This document shows, piece by piece, positions 38,850 through 51,700 of a stretch of 64,000 nt of DNA (position 1 is the first letter of the stretch; each line of letters starts with the position of its first letter). Both the position numbers and the translations under genes were made by a program. The notes beneath the pieces were generated by a model. The model ran no database searches. It was given only the letters and a program-made list of their open reading frames with translations, and was not told where the DNA came from. This DNA comes from Phoronis australis (Eukaryota; Animalia; Phoronida). The DNA is taken from NCBI GenBank assembly GCA_002633005.1, contig NMRA01000296.1, positions 468,632 through 532,631 on the forward strand. Reading direction: 5' to 3'.

Positions 38850-41800
38850 ATGGAATATACAGGGAGAACATTCAGCGCAGAGCAAAGAGAACGTGTCATC
38901 ACTCAGCCAAAAATTAGTGACGTCGATGTAAAGTCACTCATGGCCCGTGTTTACGGCTTAGATGTTATTGATCTGTACAAACTGGACGGATATGACGATC
39001 TGAACTATCACGTCACTGTCTCAGGGAGTAGGCAGAAGGATGGATATGTCTTGAAAGTGGTGAACTCTTACGATTCTGCAGCAGATCAATTTCAAGGTAT
39101 CCTTTCCTAATAATAAAATTATGAAAAATTCAATTTAAAAATTCGATGGAAATGACTCGACCTAAAATTTCTGAAATTTCAATTGACCCTTTTCACGNGT
39201 GCATCCTCTCATCCTCTCTGTGAATTGCAAATAAAATATTGTTGAAGGAGACAATTTTATGTGCATCCTCTCATCCTCTCTGTGAATTGCAAATAAAATA
39301 TTGAGAAATGGGATGTGTTCCGGATTCAGTTCGAGAACCTATACAAATGTAACAATGCCAGAGGATGTAGAAAATATACTTTGAACGGAGTTCTAACTCT
39401 TCCTTTTACCTTATTACTTGGCATAATCTCCCCTGGACACCCAGGACAGTTCACTATTGTTGACGGAGGTTTAGACCTAATTGCGGGTGGCTAACCGAGC
39501 TGAACAAAGTTTGAATTTATAGGTGTCTCAACGAAGAGCTCCGACTTTATGTCCATTTAGACAACCGTGAAACAGGAGCGTTTTTCTGTATGGTTTTGCC
39601 CTCAGCAATATGAATTGTTTCAGAGATATTTGCGTTAGACAGCCTCATGAGAAAAACGAAATGTTTCTGAAGAAATTTCTGGATCACAACAATGAGTAGA
39701 AAATGTGATGAAATTTAATGTCTTGATCTGTGAGCTCAGGGGTCTATAGCAATGAAATAACAGAAATCGTCTATAATCTCCGTGATTTTTATTTGTTGTT
39801 TTGGATAAAAAATGGGTCCGCACCCCTTCGAACCCATCCACTATGCAGGGATCACAGTTATGCCGTGCTTGTCTCATGCTCGTTTTTCCCGATTATTTGA
39901 TTTCACGAAATTGTGCATGTAAATTGCTTGAGGGCTTACCTCTTACAGATGTATTCAAAGAGACTTTGAATTTTAGATGCCCACGTGAAAATGATCCTCT
40001 ATTTGCAAGAAGTCGGAATTAATTGTCCGAAAATCACCCAGAATCTTCAACAGAGCTGTTATTCTAAAGAAATAATCACAAAGACAATAAATGGAGGTAA
40101 GTTTCAGGCAATAACATGTTCATTTAAGTTACTCAAACTACATCTTCACTACATGTTATTACTGTTATTTGTTTGCATGAGCCAGCTAGCAAACGCAAAG
40201 ACATTTACTTCTATATACGGAGATGTAGAGAGATGGAGGGGGCTAGGGAAGGAGGAAAGAAATGCAGAACCAATGCTGGGCGAGACGGTGGCAGGGAGGA
40301 CGAGGGAAGGACGGAGCGATGGAGGGAAAGAACGAGGGAGGGAGGATATATGAACATGTTGTTCACTTTTTGCCTTCCTGACTGATGTCAGCATATAAAT
40401 GTCACAGCTTTCCGGAAAGGGCTACGCCAATATTCAACTTTGATGGCCATTGGTATTCTCTTCTGTGGCATAACTTTATTATTGCTACATACCCGGTATT
40501 CTAATGAGATCTGAAGTATATATTTGCATCTGGCTCTTTCGATTGTTCTATGAAATAGAGCAGGGAGATCATAGATATTTTGATATCACGTGTCTTTTGA
40601 TTGCAGAGAATGTCTCTCTCGGTCCGTATGGTATTTTGCTGTTTACCTATGAATCGGGGATGACGTTACAGCAATTAAATTTCGGGCAAGAAGCCCTTTT
40701 ATACCAAATGGGTCAGCTGGTGGGCGATATCCATGTACGACTCAAAGTAAGAGTTTTGTTTTCGCTTTGTTCTGAGTTGAACAAAATGAATAATTCTAAT
40801 GATATTAGCACGTTTAGAAACATTCTAATATACAGTGGCCATTGTTGGAAAGTATGGAGAGGTGACATCTTTGAGAAGCTATTGTGACTGCTACTGTGAC
40901 CAGAAACGACGCCTGATCATGAAAAATAGCGTGTCTCTGCGCATGCGTACATGTACACTGCACGACGAGTCGTATACAACAATCAGGTCAGCTAAAAGCT
41001 TTGCACTATAGTGATGTGTTTTACATGTCAAGTTCGCTTCAATCTTTCCCTACGAAAACACATTCAGCTCTGTATCACTGAACTGCGTGGATGATCTGAG
41101 AAGGAATGAACTCAGCATAAAATGAGAATTGTTTTAAGGAATCCTTTTGAAAGACCAATGATAAAGGATGTTTACTAACCTTAAAACACACTTGCTGCTG
41201 ATAAATAAAAATGGCTTAAGCATTTTCGGATGAACCATTTTCAGAATTTTCGACACGATGGCTTGATGGAACACCGCGTGCCAATGTTATGGCAATTGGA
41301 ACACTTCTTGGAGTTAGTTAACATACTACATTGCATAGAAGACTCTAAAAAACGAGCGCTTGTCATGGACGTTGTAGCTGCATTTATGAAGCAGAAAGAA
41401 GCCATCAATCAATTACCGAAAGGTAAAGGTGATAACAAACATAAACTAATGTCATGACTTGTTCAAGTAAGTGCATTGTTCTTCATTTTTGGCTAAATTA
41501 GGCCTCCTACTCTCACAAATCGATCACGAAGCCAGGGCTAGTGCGACCTCGAGGCGTGTTCGGAAATTGGGCATGTCTAGCACAAAAACAATACACAACA
41601 TTAGTGTTATTTGTCAAAAACAACGCAATGTTGACAGTCACAGTGAGTTCAAAATAGCTGACTACAGAACGAGCATGTACGCTTCTATTTTAGTTTTTAT
41701 TCTCGTAAAATGTCTTAGATTTCATCATTTTTTATGTGTGTTCTCAGTAATTTATATTCGTGAACCGTACAATGAGACAAAAACGACATTTCTCTCAACC

Positions 41801-43724
41801 TTGTCAGGGGCTAATTCGGAATTTTAGTGATGACACGTTAAGTTCATAGTAGAATACACAATTCTCCATAGGGAATTTTCAACTGTTATTTTTAGTGGTT
41901 CAAAACTACAGTGATATTATTGTTTCCAATTTATCGTGGTAAAAGTGAAATTGTTAAAGATATCAATATATTGTCCACAGTTCACGAGAGCACACCGCGC
42001 GCGCGCACACACACACACACACGCACACGCACACACACACAGACACAGACACAGACACACACACACACAGACACACACACACACACACACACGCATGCAT
42101 GCGCCATGCGCACGTGCAAACACGCTAGTTCGGATTCTCCGTACAGCTGAAAATGCCAATCATTACATGTCGTTGAACGAATGCAGAATAAAACAGCGAG
42201 TGAAAGAACGGATATTTTTGGACTGGAGTTACAACTAGGGTTCGGTCAGACTTATCGTTTCTTAAGCCATTGATGGTTTCGATGTTGGTAACGTAAATAG
42301 AATCTAATTATGATAAGAAACATTATGATACCATGATACCGATTTTACGGGTAACCGTTCTTTTAGGCACACTCCTTTTCTCATGAACACATATATTTCT
42401 TACCGACTATAGTTTCGTTTTCATTATTTCTGTCAAACATATTTCTTTTCGCATGAGCCACATATTCTTTTCACTGTCTGTTTGAAGTCACAAGTAAGCC
42501 CGTGTCTATTTTCTAGGGCTCTGTATTAGATGTGGACTATACTATAACTGATTAAGATCATTTGTTCGTGCAAAATAACATGGTTTCCATTTAGGTCCAC
42601 TGCACGCTGACGTGAACCAAACGAACGTTTTGTTCAAGTATGACAGTAATGAATGCTTAAAGATCAGCTGTCTCCTAGACTTTGGCGACTCACACTGCGG
42701 CGTCTTGGTGTACGATGTCGGTGCGTATTAATGTTAATATTCTAAGTTTCGCAAATTTTCCTCATACTTCTTCTTCGTTCATACAAACCCCATGACGTAG
42801 GGAGGATTTTTGGCGAACGGGTGCAACAATACCAAAACCCAGATATAATGATTTCTAGTGCCTTACATTTATGAACTTTGTCGTAATAAACGGTAAAATA
42901 AAATCAAATACCAAAAGCGCCTGTTCTAACCCATTGCGTCCATTTCGACTCATTTTACCAATTCTGACCGATATGTCACTTTTGACCCATTGTGTCTGTT
43001 TTGACTCGTCGTGTCCATTCTGAGCTATTATCACGTCCATTTTGACTCATTACATGTATGTCCATTTTAACTATTTAAGTCCATTTTAATCCAATGGTCT
43101 GGATTTAACGACAATTTGCGTCTCACAAACGTGATTTAATACTGGTAGAGATCAGTAACGCTAGATCCTCGCTAAGACCTCGCTAAAAAGCGAGATATTG
43201 CGAGATTACACGAGATATTGCCGTGTATTTGAAATAACAGCTCGTGATTTTGCCTTGACTGTTCAGCTTTTGAAATCTAACCTGTTATTCAGATCTTATA
43301 AGAGATTAAAATCTCTTAGCAGGTTTTCGTGTCACCAGAAAGACAAAACTATTTGATCAAAAGTGACTTTATATATACACACACGTACACGCACACACAC
43401 AACGTTCGCACACACACACACACACTGCACACACACACACACNGCCAGTCAATGGATTCTCTTGACGTCGGGGTTCACCTGATTGCTGGGTACTTGTCCA
43501 TGAGGGAGCTAAGCACAACAGAATTTAGCAGTATCAGAACACTCGTCGGTGTTCGATTCGCGATGACCCTGGTTATTGGAGCATACAGAGCGCAACGAGA
43601 AGTAGACAATAAAAACTATCTTCTTGCAACCACTGCGAAGCGTGGTTGGGAAGTTTTCGAAAACTTTTGGAAAACGTCCGAGAATTCAGTTCAGACAATC
43701 TGGAAAAAAGCATCGTGCCTATAA
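38850..43724 (+). CDS. HYKK: Hydroxylysine kinase-like (AGPHD1/APH-family phosphotransferase), copy 2
   Basis: Exons 38850-39096, 39977-40096, 40607-40746, 41245-41422 and 42595-42720 have the same lengths as in copy 1. The last exon ends at 43724 and its 5' end is lost at the N at 43443. Motifs LHADVNQTNVL and LDFGD. Confidence 0.85.
41998..42092. repeat. (CA)n-type compound microsatellite
   Basis: cacacac/cagaca/cacgca runs. Confidence 0.95.
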
Positions 43725-43838
43725 ACTAAGCACTGTAGTTGGTTTTAACGAATGACATAACTCACAAAAACACTTTTCAGTGAATGTATGCTTTTGTCTT
43801 GTCTGTTTTTATCGTACCTCATGAAAATCGGCGTGACA

Positions 43839-44746
43839 CAGTGGCGGATCTAGGATATCACAAGGGGGGCAACATTTTGTCTGTAAACATTTGCGCAACG
43901 CACGATTGTAGATGTGCATAGCACCGAATGGGGGATGTCGGGAGGGGGGTTTGCCCAGGAGAATTTTTCTGTTTTTTCCTCTAAAAATCGAGCATTTCCT
44001 TGATTCCTGAAGTATTATCCAAGAAAAAAAGGAGAACGTGTCAAACTTGAAAAACTGCAATTTCCACAGACTCAATACCTGGCGGATAGAACGCTCGTTA
44101 TTTACCACTGCACCACCACGGTTTCTCTCGTAATTTGATACTAAGAGACCTACTTGTTTATGGTCCACAACGTTTGCGCACGAAACCTACTTTTTGTAAT
44201 GCTTATTAAACTTTTTATATATTGTACAATCAGTTCGTAACAAATTTGTTGTATTTAAAATAGTCTTCAATTGCCCAAAAGACCAAATCCGTTTTTTGTG
44301 TTGGCATTAATGACGCGATTGCTTTGGAAATCGTCTAAAGTTAAGGTTTGACAAAGAGAGATTTTGAGTGATTCACTAAGGCTTCGATTAAAATTCACAT
44401 CTTACCAGCAACTTCTGTTTTTTCATCGTCACTCAGATTCCATTTTCTTTAAAAAATAAAGTATTTTTCTTCATTGCACAGTACAGCAAACGACGGAAAC
44501 GGAGTCGTAGTGCGCAGCGCTACTGCCGGTCGCCTGGGATATCGCGGGAAGGCCTATACTTAGCCATAGTTCCCCCCCAAAAAACACTAAAACTGCACAC
44601 ATTTAAATCTTGTTTCAGCCGTATAATGTTAATTACCGGGGTTAATTAATAAACTCAAGATTTCCCTACGCTCTTGCTCATATTGTTTTATTTTTTTGCG
44701 GCAGCCAAGGGGGACCGGGCCCCCTGCCCCCCTAAATCCGCCTACG
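43839..44746. mobile_element. ~0.9-kb non-autonomous hAT-like DNA transposon
   Basis: Termini cagtggcggatctagg ... cctaaatccgcctacg, flanked by the direct repeat (cg)tgaca. Absent from the paralogous site in copy 1 (~28583, ggcgtgacagtgta). Confidence 0.8.
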
Positions 44747-46369
44747 TGACAGTGTACTGGATGCAAGCAGGTAAGTGACTCGACTGCAGCTAGTGTGACC
44801 ACATGCTGCGCTTGTAAAGCTTGGTGATATCTCCGTTACAGGCTACTAGATCAGGAAATAACCGACAATAAAATGCAAACACTAAACATCCACACATCGC
44901 TTACTGGGGGTTGTGAAGTGCACTAAGTTTTTGAAATACATAATTCAAAGTATGAAAGTTTTAGGAAATTGCCAAAAGAATGCGTGCAGACAGTTGCCTG
45001 GCAACTGGGGGAGCATGGGTGACGGGGCATCCCAGAGGGGTTTGGGGTCCTCTTGCAAGAAATTCCAAAACTTATTTATATCCGCTAACTGCGAAGCGAT
45101 ACCGAAACTAGTTTACAGTGAAACAACACGTGTAGGTGAGATAAAGGGTGACAAACTAAACTACTACAGATATCGATAAATGCGACGAAAGTTATATAAT
45201 ATGTTGAGCTGTAAAAGTGGGTGACAATCTGCCAAATTTAAATAGAAATTGACTGAAAACTCGAAACTTGAGGAGAATTATGGACGATGGCCCAGTGTTG
45301 CGACGAGACAGAGATCACGTGGTACAATTAAACCAATAATCATAGAATAAAGAGGGTCACTGACCCGAGAATCCAAACAATATTATAACGAGGAGGAAGC
45401 AATCTAGCTTACATAAAATAATTTAATACTTAGATAATCGTTATTGTCATTTTCGTCTAACCATCCCCAGATTTGCACCGCTGAACTCCACACACGCACC
45501 GATAAGGCTCCATACATAATTCACCTAAGTCCATTCGCAAAAGCCACTAGATTCCATGGCCGTACCCCTAATTTGCACCCAGAATATAAAGCCATGACTT
45601 TAAAATCTGGTCCCCGGAACTTGTATGGAGCATTTACGGTGCCTGTGCCGCGTTTATGGATGCGAATCTGGAGATTTGGTGGCTGCTGGTCCGGGACTGG
45701 TGTTCAGAGCACTTACACAGACAGTGTTTCTATCCCTTGATAACTCGATACTAAGTAAGTAGCTGGATACTTTACCTTGTGTGAAAACTAAAATGAATTG
45801 CAAGACTCGTCGATAACTTGCAATTAATTGCAATTGTCTGATTCACGTGCGTAATCTGTATCTGCATTAACTGTACTTGTTAGATATTCGCATAAAATAT
45901 AAATTATGCAAATTCATGCTGTAATGAGCTGCAAACCGATTTTATTTAAATTTATCGGCCACGAAAATATGGTTTCAAATATCAAGATGATCTGTATGAA
46001 GTGACTCGTAAGGCATTTACGAATAGAAACCAAATTTTAGATAATGGTGGCCATTATTTGCAAAAATTATGGGAATTTATCATGCAACAGCGTGATTTCA
46101 GTAATTCAACCGGCCATGGGAGAAAATATCAATATACTTTGACTTGTGGTGGTTTTATCCTGGCTACAAGCACAAGTAGATCTTTAAAAATAGAAGACTT
46201 AATTTCTATAAGATATGCAATTTTAATTCACCTGTGAACTAGCTCCATTGAATTCACTGTGCTTGAAAACATAGGTAAAAGTCAAAATAATCTGCCTATG
46301 TTGCTTGGTACGGAAAAGATTGCTGTATTATATGCATGTATGTGCAAGTACTTGCCTTGTTCTCGTAGG

Positions 46370-47500
46370 CTTTACTGTATGCTCGTAGATTTTAAAAAGG
46401 CATTTGATTAATAAAGTATTGTATTAAGGCTAAAATGCTTGGAGTCCTTCAGAATATGTGCGAAAGTGTGAAATCATGTGTACAAGTAGATTATGAGGGT
46501 TGTGTAACAGAATTTTTTAATGTACATTAGGTGTGAGGCAGAGTTTCCAACTATTGCCATTTATTTTCAATTTACCTGACTGATCTGGAACAAGGATTGT
46601 AAATGTTGGTCTATCAAATGTATATATGTTTTTGTTTGCTGACAATCTAGTCATGTTTGCTAACCGTGCAATATCGCTGCATGGAAATTGACACTACGCA
46701 TGAATAAAACGAAAATAATAGTATTTAGAAATTGTGGTTATCTGCGACGATACGAAAACTGTTTTTAAATGGTAACAAAATAGAGGTAACACCAAATTAC
46801 AGTTACTTTGGCGTCGACTTCACAGTCAAAGGTATCTGGACATCGGCTCTAGAGAACCTGGCAGAAAAAGTTTGCAACGCATTTATTTATGCTTAATAAA
46901 CATACGAGAACCCTTTCTTCTATGCCACCTACATTTTAGTTGAAACTGTTTGAATCTAAACTATTACCAATTCTCATGTACTCTTGTAAGATCTGGGTAG
47001 GGTTCAATAAAGTCAGGACCTCGTTAAAAAGGAAGACTTCTCGAGATTACGCGAGACCGCCGTGTATTTTCAATGAGAGCACGTAATTTTGACTAGATTT
47101 TCTCGCCGCGAGACAGCAGTTGAACTTTGCCGTGGGGTTTTCATGCAGGCAACGACATGGAAATTGTTCACAAAAAATTCTGTGAATTTCGCTACGTTTA
47201 CCTGCACAAATATCTAACGTAGGCACGCCTGGAGAAGAAGGTAGATTGTCACTGAGGATTAATTCGAATAATTATACATTGGTTAAGAATTAATTAGTTT
47301 CCACGAAATAGATACGCCAAAGCATGTTACGCTATGCAATATGAATTAGCTGAGAATGGTAGGGGAAGCTGGGGTTTAAAGATAAAACACTTGTTGTGCA
47401 CAACTGGCTTTGGGATTGTTTGGATTAATCAAGGAGTAGCTGACGAGATGTTTGGAAACGAATTCCGAAATAAAAGAATTAACTCATTTCATATAGAAAG
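46370..47500 (+). mobile_element. Decayed non-LTR retrotransposon reverse transcriptase
   Basis: Frameshifted RT motifs VDFKKAFD (46385), GVRQ, LFADNLV (YADD-equivalent), KTKIIVFR, YFGV and IWG, interrupted by a MITE at 46996-47131. Confidence 0.75.
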
Positions 47501-48755
47501 CTTTGTTCAGTTATCGAGCTTGGCCAGATTCAGATGCGCTCAATCCAGTTTAACGTCAATAGCGGGTAAAAGAACGGGTACTGTACGTTCACAAAAGGTG
47601 TGCAAACTGTGACTTAAATGTTGTTGAAAATGAAATTCTTTTATTCGTGTGTTCTTAAAATAACGATCTTCACCAAAATACGCACCTTTTATCAGAATTG
47701 TAGTCGGCGGCACTTTTGTAAATATAATGAAAACAAACAATATAAAAGAGTTAAGAAACCTGCATAAATATTTATTAAACTCTGAATAAAGACGCGAATC
47801 TATTGCCAAAATATAAAATGTTTGCGCATGTGTACACAATTGCTTATTTGTTATGCTATGTAACATGGGCAAGTGGTCTTATTACCTGAAATAAATTGAA
47901 TGTCCTCACCACTCCTGTGATCATGCTTGAATCTCGTTCACGTGTGTTGCTCGTGCTCTGGACTGACGATCAACACGTGGACAACCTTCGGCAACAGTAT
48001 CACACGAATCTGTATTCACCAGTTTTCAGTGATAAAACACTCTGCTGACACTGCAGTATCATCGCGCGGAAAGTTTTCGTTTGCAAAGCTACATACAGTT
48101 CTTACGTAAGAGGTCTTGGGTAGGAGGAGGGGCGGGGGGGGGGGCACTCCCACACAAAAAGGCACACGGGACGTGCCTATGTCACTCAGAAGGGTGACCT
48201 TTTCACGACCAATTTCTTTTAAGGAAAGAGTCCCTTTCTGACAGAATCTCCTCGAAAGAGGGACTTTACGATTGAAATCCCTACACGAGATTCACTGAAG
48301 GAGTTCGAAAGTATAATTCCTTTTTCAAGAGCATATATCTATTGAAGGATTTTTAATATCATCTGTAGTTTTAATTGCAAAACATGTACTCATTTTTGAA
48401 CATATGGCATCATCTCTTCTTGTACTGTTACACTTAAATCCCAACTGTCCAAGAGCTAACCAATACAAAAGAATGATAAAACCCTACGGATGGATGAGTT
48501 TTTCGTGTATGCGTCCTACTAATGTGTCCCTTTTGCTCGCCCATTCTGTGAATGGGTGGTTATCCCAATTTCCAACTGCAGCCCGTCAAAATATACTAGG
48601 TACATACCCCCGGGTTCTTTGTGTCCGCCCCATCTACCCGTATTAAATCTCACCACGAGTGAAAATGGCATAAATATGCAGGCTTGTCTGCTTAAATCAA
48701 TAGGTGCATACAGAATCTGTAGATATCGTGTCGATGCTATTTCAGTACATTTGAC

Positions 48756-51700
48756 ATGCTACTGGTAAAGCTGAGAAACGGATGGTTATGCAGTCACATC
48801 CCCGCGTCATTGGCGCAGGCAGGATGGTACCGCGGTGGACGGGCAGTAAACCAAAGAGCGTTCAGTCAGTCGAGGAGACATTTGCGCCCTGGCCAAAGGT
48901 TCTTGAAGAAATTTGGCGCACTTGTTGCAGCAAGCTCGGTGTTAATAGCAGGTGAATGAAATTACTGTCCAGTCAAAACTATTGACTATTCCTAAGCCTT
49001 TTAAACTTGAATTTACAAATCCTCGGTCTTTACCTTTTGATTTAAAAAATACGTAAAGTTCTAAATTTTCTTCTTTACCGATGCTTGTTTTTCCGAAAAC
49101 AAAGAGACAAAAATATCGTAAAGCATTCTCGATATCTCATGGAACAAATTTGAACGACTTTACTAAAATGCTCACATGTATTTAGGTAGCCACGTTGATC
49201 CCTTAGCCAACAGACGTCCACATTAGCACAACTGGAGATGAAGTCTGCCATTCTCAATTACAAAAATAAGCGCATTGGGTTCAATATACACTAAATACGA
49301 TAACCGACTATTGCAGTTATCGGAGAGACAGTCGAGTTAATTTTGTCCGTGTTTATCGATTCCTATCGTCGATTTGGAGATGCAGAATCTCTCGACTAGT
49401 CAGACTGTTGAGAGATCTAAAGTCGACTGAGGTTTACATTCCATCACCCAGCTCCGAATCAAGATTGTGAAAATGAGCTATTTTGATGCGCACTAAGTCA
49501 TACCACGTGATAAAAGCATGAAATGTTTGAGAAAACACAGATAAAATTTAAATTTAATACTGGAATTTGAAATAAAACTTACGGACTTCAACTTGGCCAT
49601 CGGTGTTGCTATTATTCTGTCTAATCGGTGGCAACGCAAGTTATTTGTCAATTCCTCTAGACTTTGAGCATTCCAGAAGGACCGCCAGCGTCGGAGGTAC
49701 TGCAGAAACGAGAGCAAAGTATTGATAATTTTTATGTTTCTACTATTACATTGGACATTCGGTAATTTAACAGAAAATGCAACATGTTACTCAAAATGCC
49801 GATAGTCAGAAAAGAGTCAGTGACCTTCAGGAAATCTGGTGATGGCAAGTCATGCCATCCTTCAGTGAGTCTAAGTCTACGTTCCCTTCCTGCTAGCCAC
49901 TCAAAGAACAAGAAATGATAACTTCCACTTACCTGTTGTCTTTCGAAAACCTGGTGGTCAACTGTTGTGAGAGCTTGTCTAGGAAGGGTATTCCCACTAT
50001 TCTTCTGTAGTACTCACTGCAAGAAGCAAGCAATAACTACAAATTTAACTACGCACTACGTGTAATAGATCTTGGTTATAAAACAAATAAAGAGCCAAGT
50101 CGAAATGCAAACCAGAATCCGTTTCTGTGCGCTCGTAGGCCCTGTGCTTTACTGGGTAAATTTGCCATGTCCGAAAATAATTTCTAGTTTGTTTTCATTG
50201 TACACAAGCATCAAAAAAGTATATCACAAAACCGACATTATGTACAAAATGCGAATTTTAATTTATTACCTGGGTGTTCCTGCAAGAACGTTAGCTCTTT
50301 GTGTCTGTTGTATGGACTGCCGAGGAATCTGTATATCGGACTTACTGTTTTGCGGGGCTTGGAACCATTCAACCCAGACATCTTCGATGTTTGTTCTCAA
50401 TGCTTGCACTTCGTCAACTGCTGTGTCAATGAGCTTGTAAGCGCTTACAAAGTCAGCATTTTGTTTCGCAGCTCGGCACTAACCCCCTTGTGGTTGTCAA
50501 GTCCATTCAAAAGGGTTACAGGCGCAACTATATTTGACTGGTTCGTCATGGACTGCTTCGAAACCTGCGCTTTTGTCAAAGACCATGCATCTCATGACCA
50601 TATCAAATAAACACAGAAAAATCAGGAACCCCAACTGGGAATCGAAGCACAGGTCTCCAGATTGCCGGTCTAGTGCTCTCACCTCTGAGCTACTGAGGAC
50701 CCGATGTCTGTGCAGTTACTGTTTACAGCTACATGTAACTGTTAAGTCATACATCCCATGAGCGACGTTTCGCTTTTTCACACGGGATTTGGACAATTAT
50801 TATACAATTGTCCAAACCCCGAGTGAGAAAGGCGAGTTGATCGTTTTTTTTTTTTTAAATGAACACATTACATGTACACTGTATGATTATTGCGCGAGAC
50901 AACTTTACTATACACCAGTCAAATTCAAATGCCAATCGTGAAGAGTTTAAAAGCATGACAAGCTATGAGAGATGATGTAAAAACGCTGCAAGGTCGATTC
51001 GCCTGAATATCAGGGTTGCGGTACCACAGTATTTTCCCTCGTCAAATCAAAAGCATAAAGACGCTAGTTATCAGCTATAAATCTGCTTTTTCCGTGGTGA
51101 ATCCCTCTGAAGCTCGTGGCTACTTTAGAAGTGTCGACGAAAGCTCGCGCACAAATTGAACTCCGTGCGACTTGCCAATGAATCACGAAAACTCGAAGTG
51201 CGTTGCTGTCTGTGATTACAGCAAATGACAATGTAAAGAAATTATATTTGCAGAGTGAACCCCCCTCAAATTTTCGAGGTCGTTTACTTGTGGCTTACAC
51301 ACACTAGAGATGCCGTTTTTTATGGTGACCTTTTCATTTTTTATTTTTTGCCCTGTCCCAAGGGGTGGGGGGTTTAAATCCGCCACTGTTACTTACATCA
51401 ATTCCATTTTCAGAACGTTCAAGCTCGTTCTACAATTTTAATGAAACCGGTTGGGAAGGCCAGACGGCGTAGTCATGCTCAACGAATGCGACGCCACCCA
51501 TGGGATACGTTCATTCGTACTTCAGTAGGCCTACTTTACTCTTCGGCCCGTTATGTCAACATTATTGAGAACGCAGTGAGAACTACCTTGGTTCGTTGTA
51601 TCTACTGTAACTGTCCGTGTTTCTATGAATAGCGATTATTTGCACAAAGATAGAAGACTTTCCCACGAAACTTACGAATTCTAGTTCAGTATCATCCCTT

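Larger units (their letters stand above)
30578..45060 (+). repeat. Segmental duplication unit, copy 2
   Basis: Collinear with 18039-28930, with extra sequence at ~31480-37140 and 43839-44746. Confidence 0.8.

Noticed and set aside
41911-42238. His/Thr- and Cys/Val-repeat ORFs (also 24803-25246)
   Set aside because: Translations of (CA)n/(GT)n microsatellites in introns.
22965-43724. Kinase copies as alleles mis-assembled in tandem
   Set aside because: Non-coding flanks are substantially diverged with multiple copy-specific insertions, unlike the near-identical N-joined duplicate. Long reads would settle it.
50626-50702. Functional tRNA gene
   Set aside because: Imperfect acceptor and T stems, no U33-type anticodon loop, and embedded in a repeat; treated as tRNA-derived.
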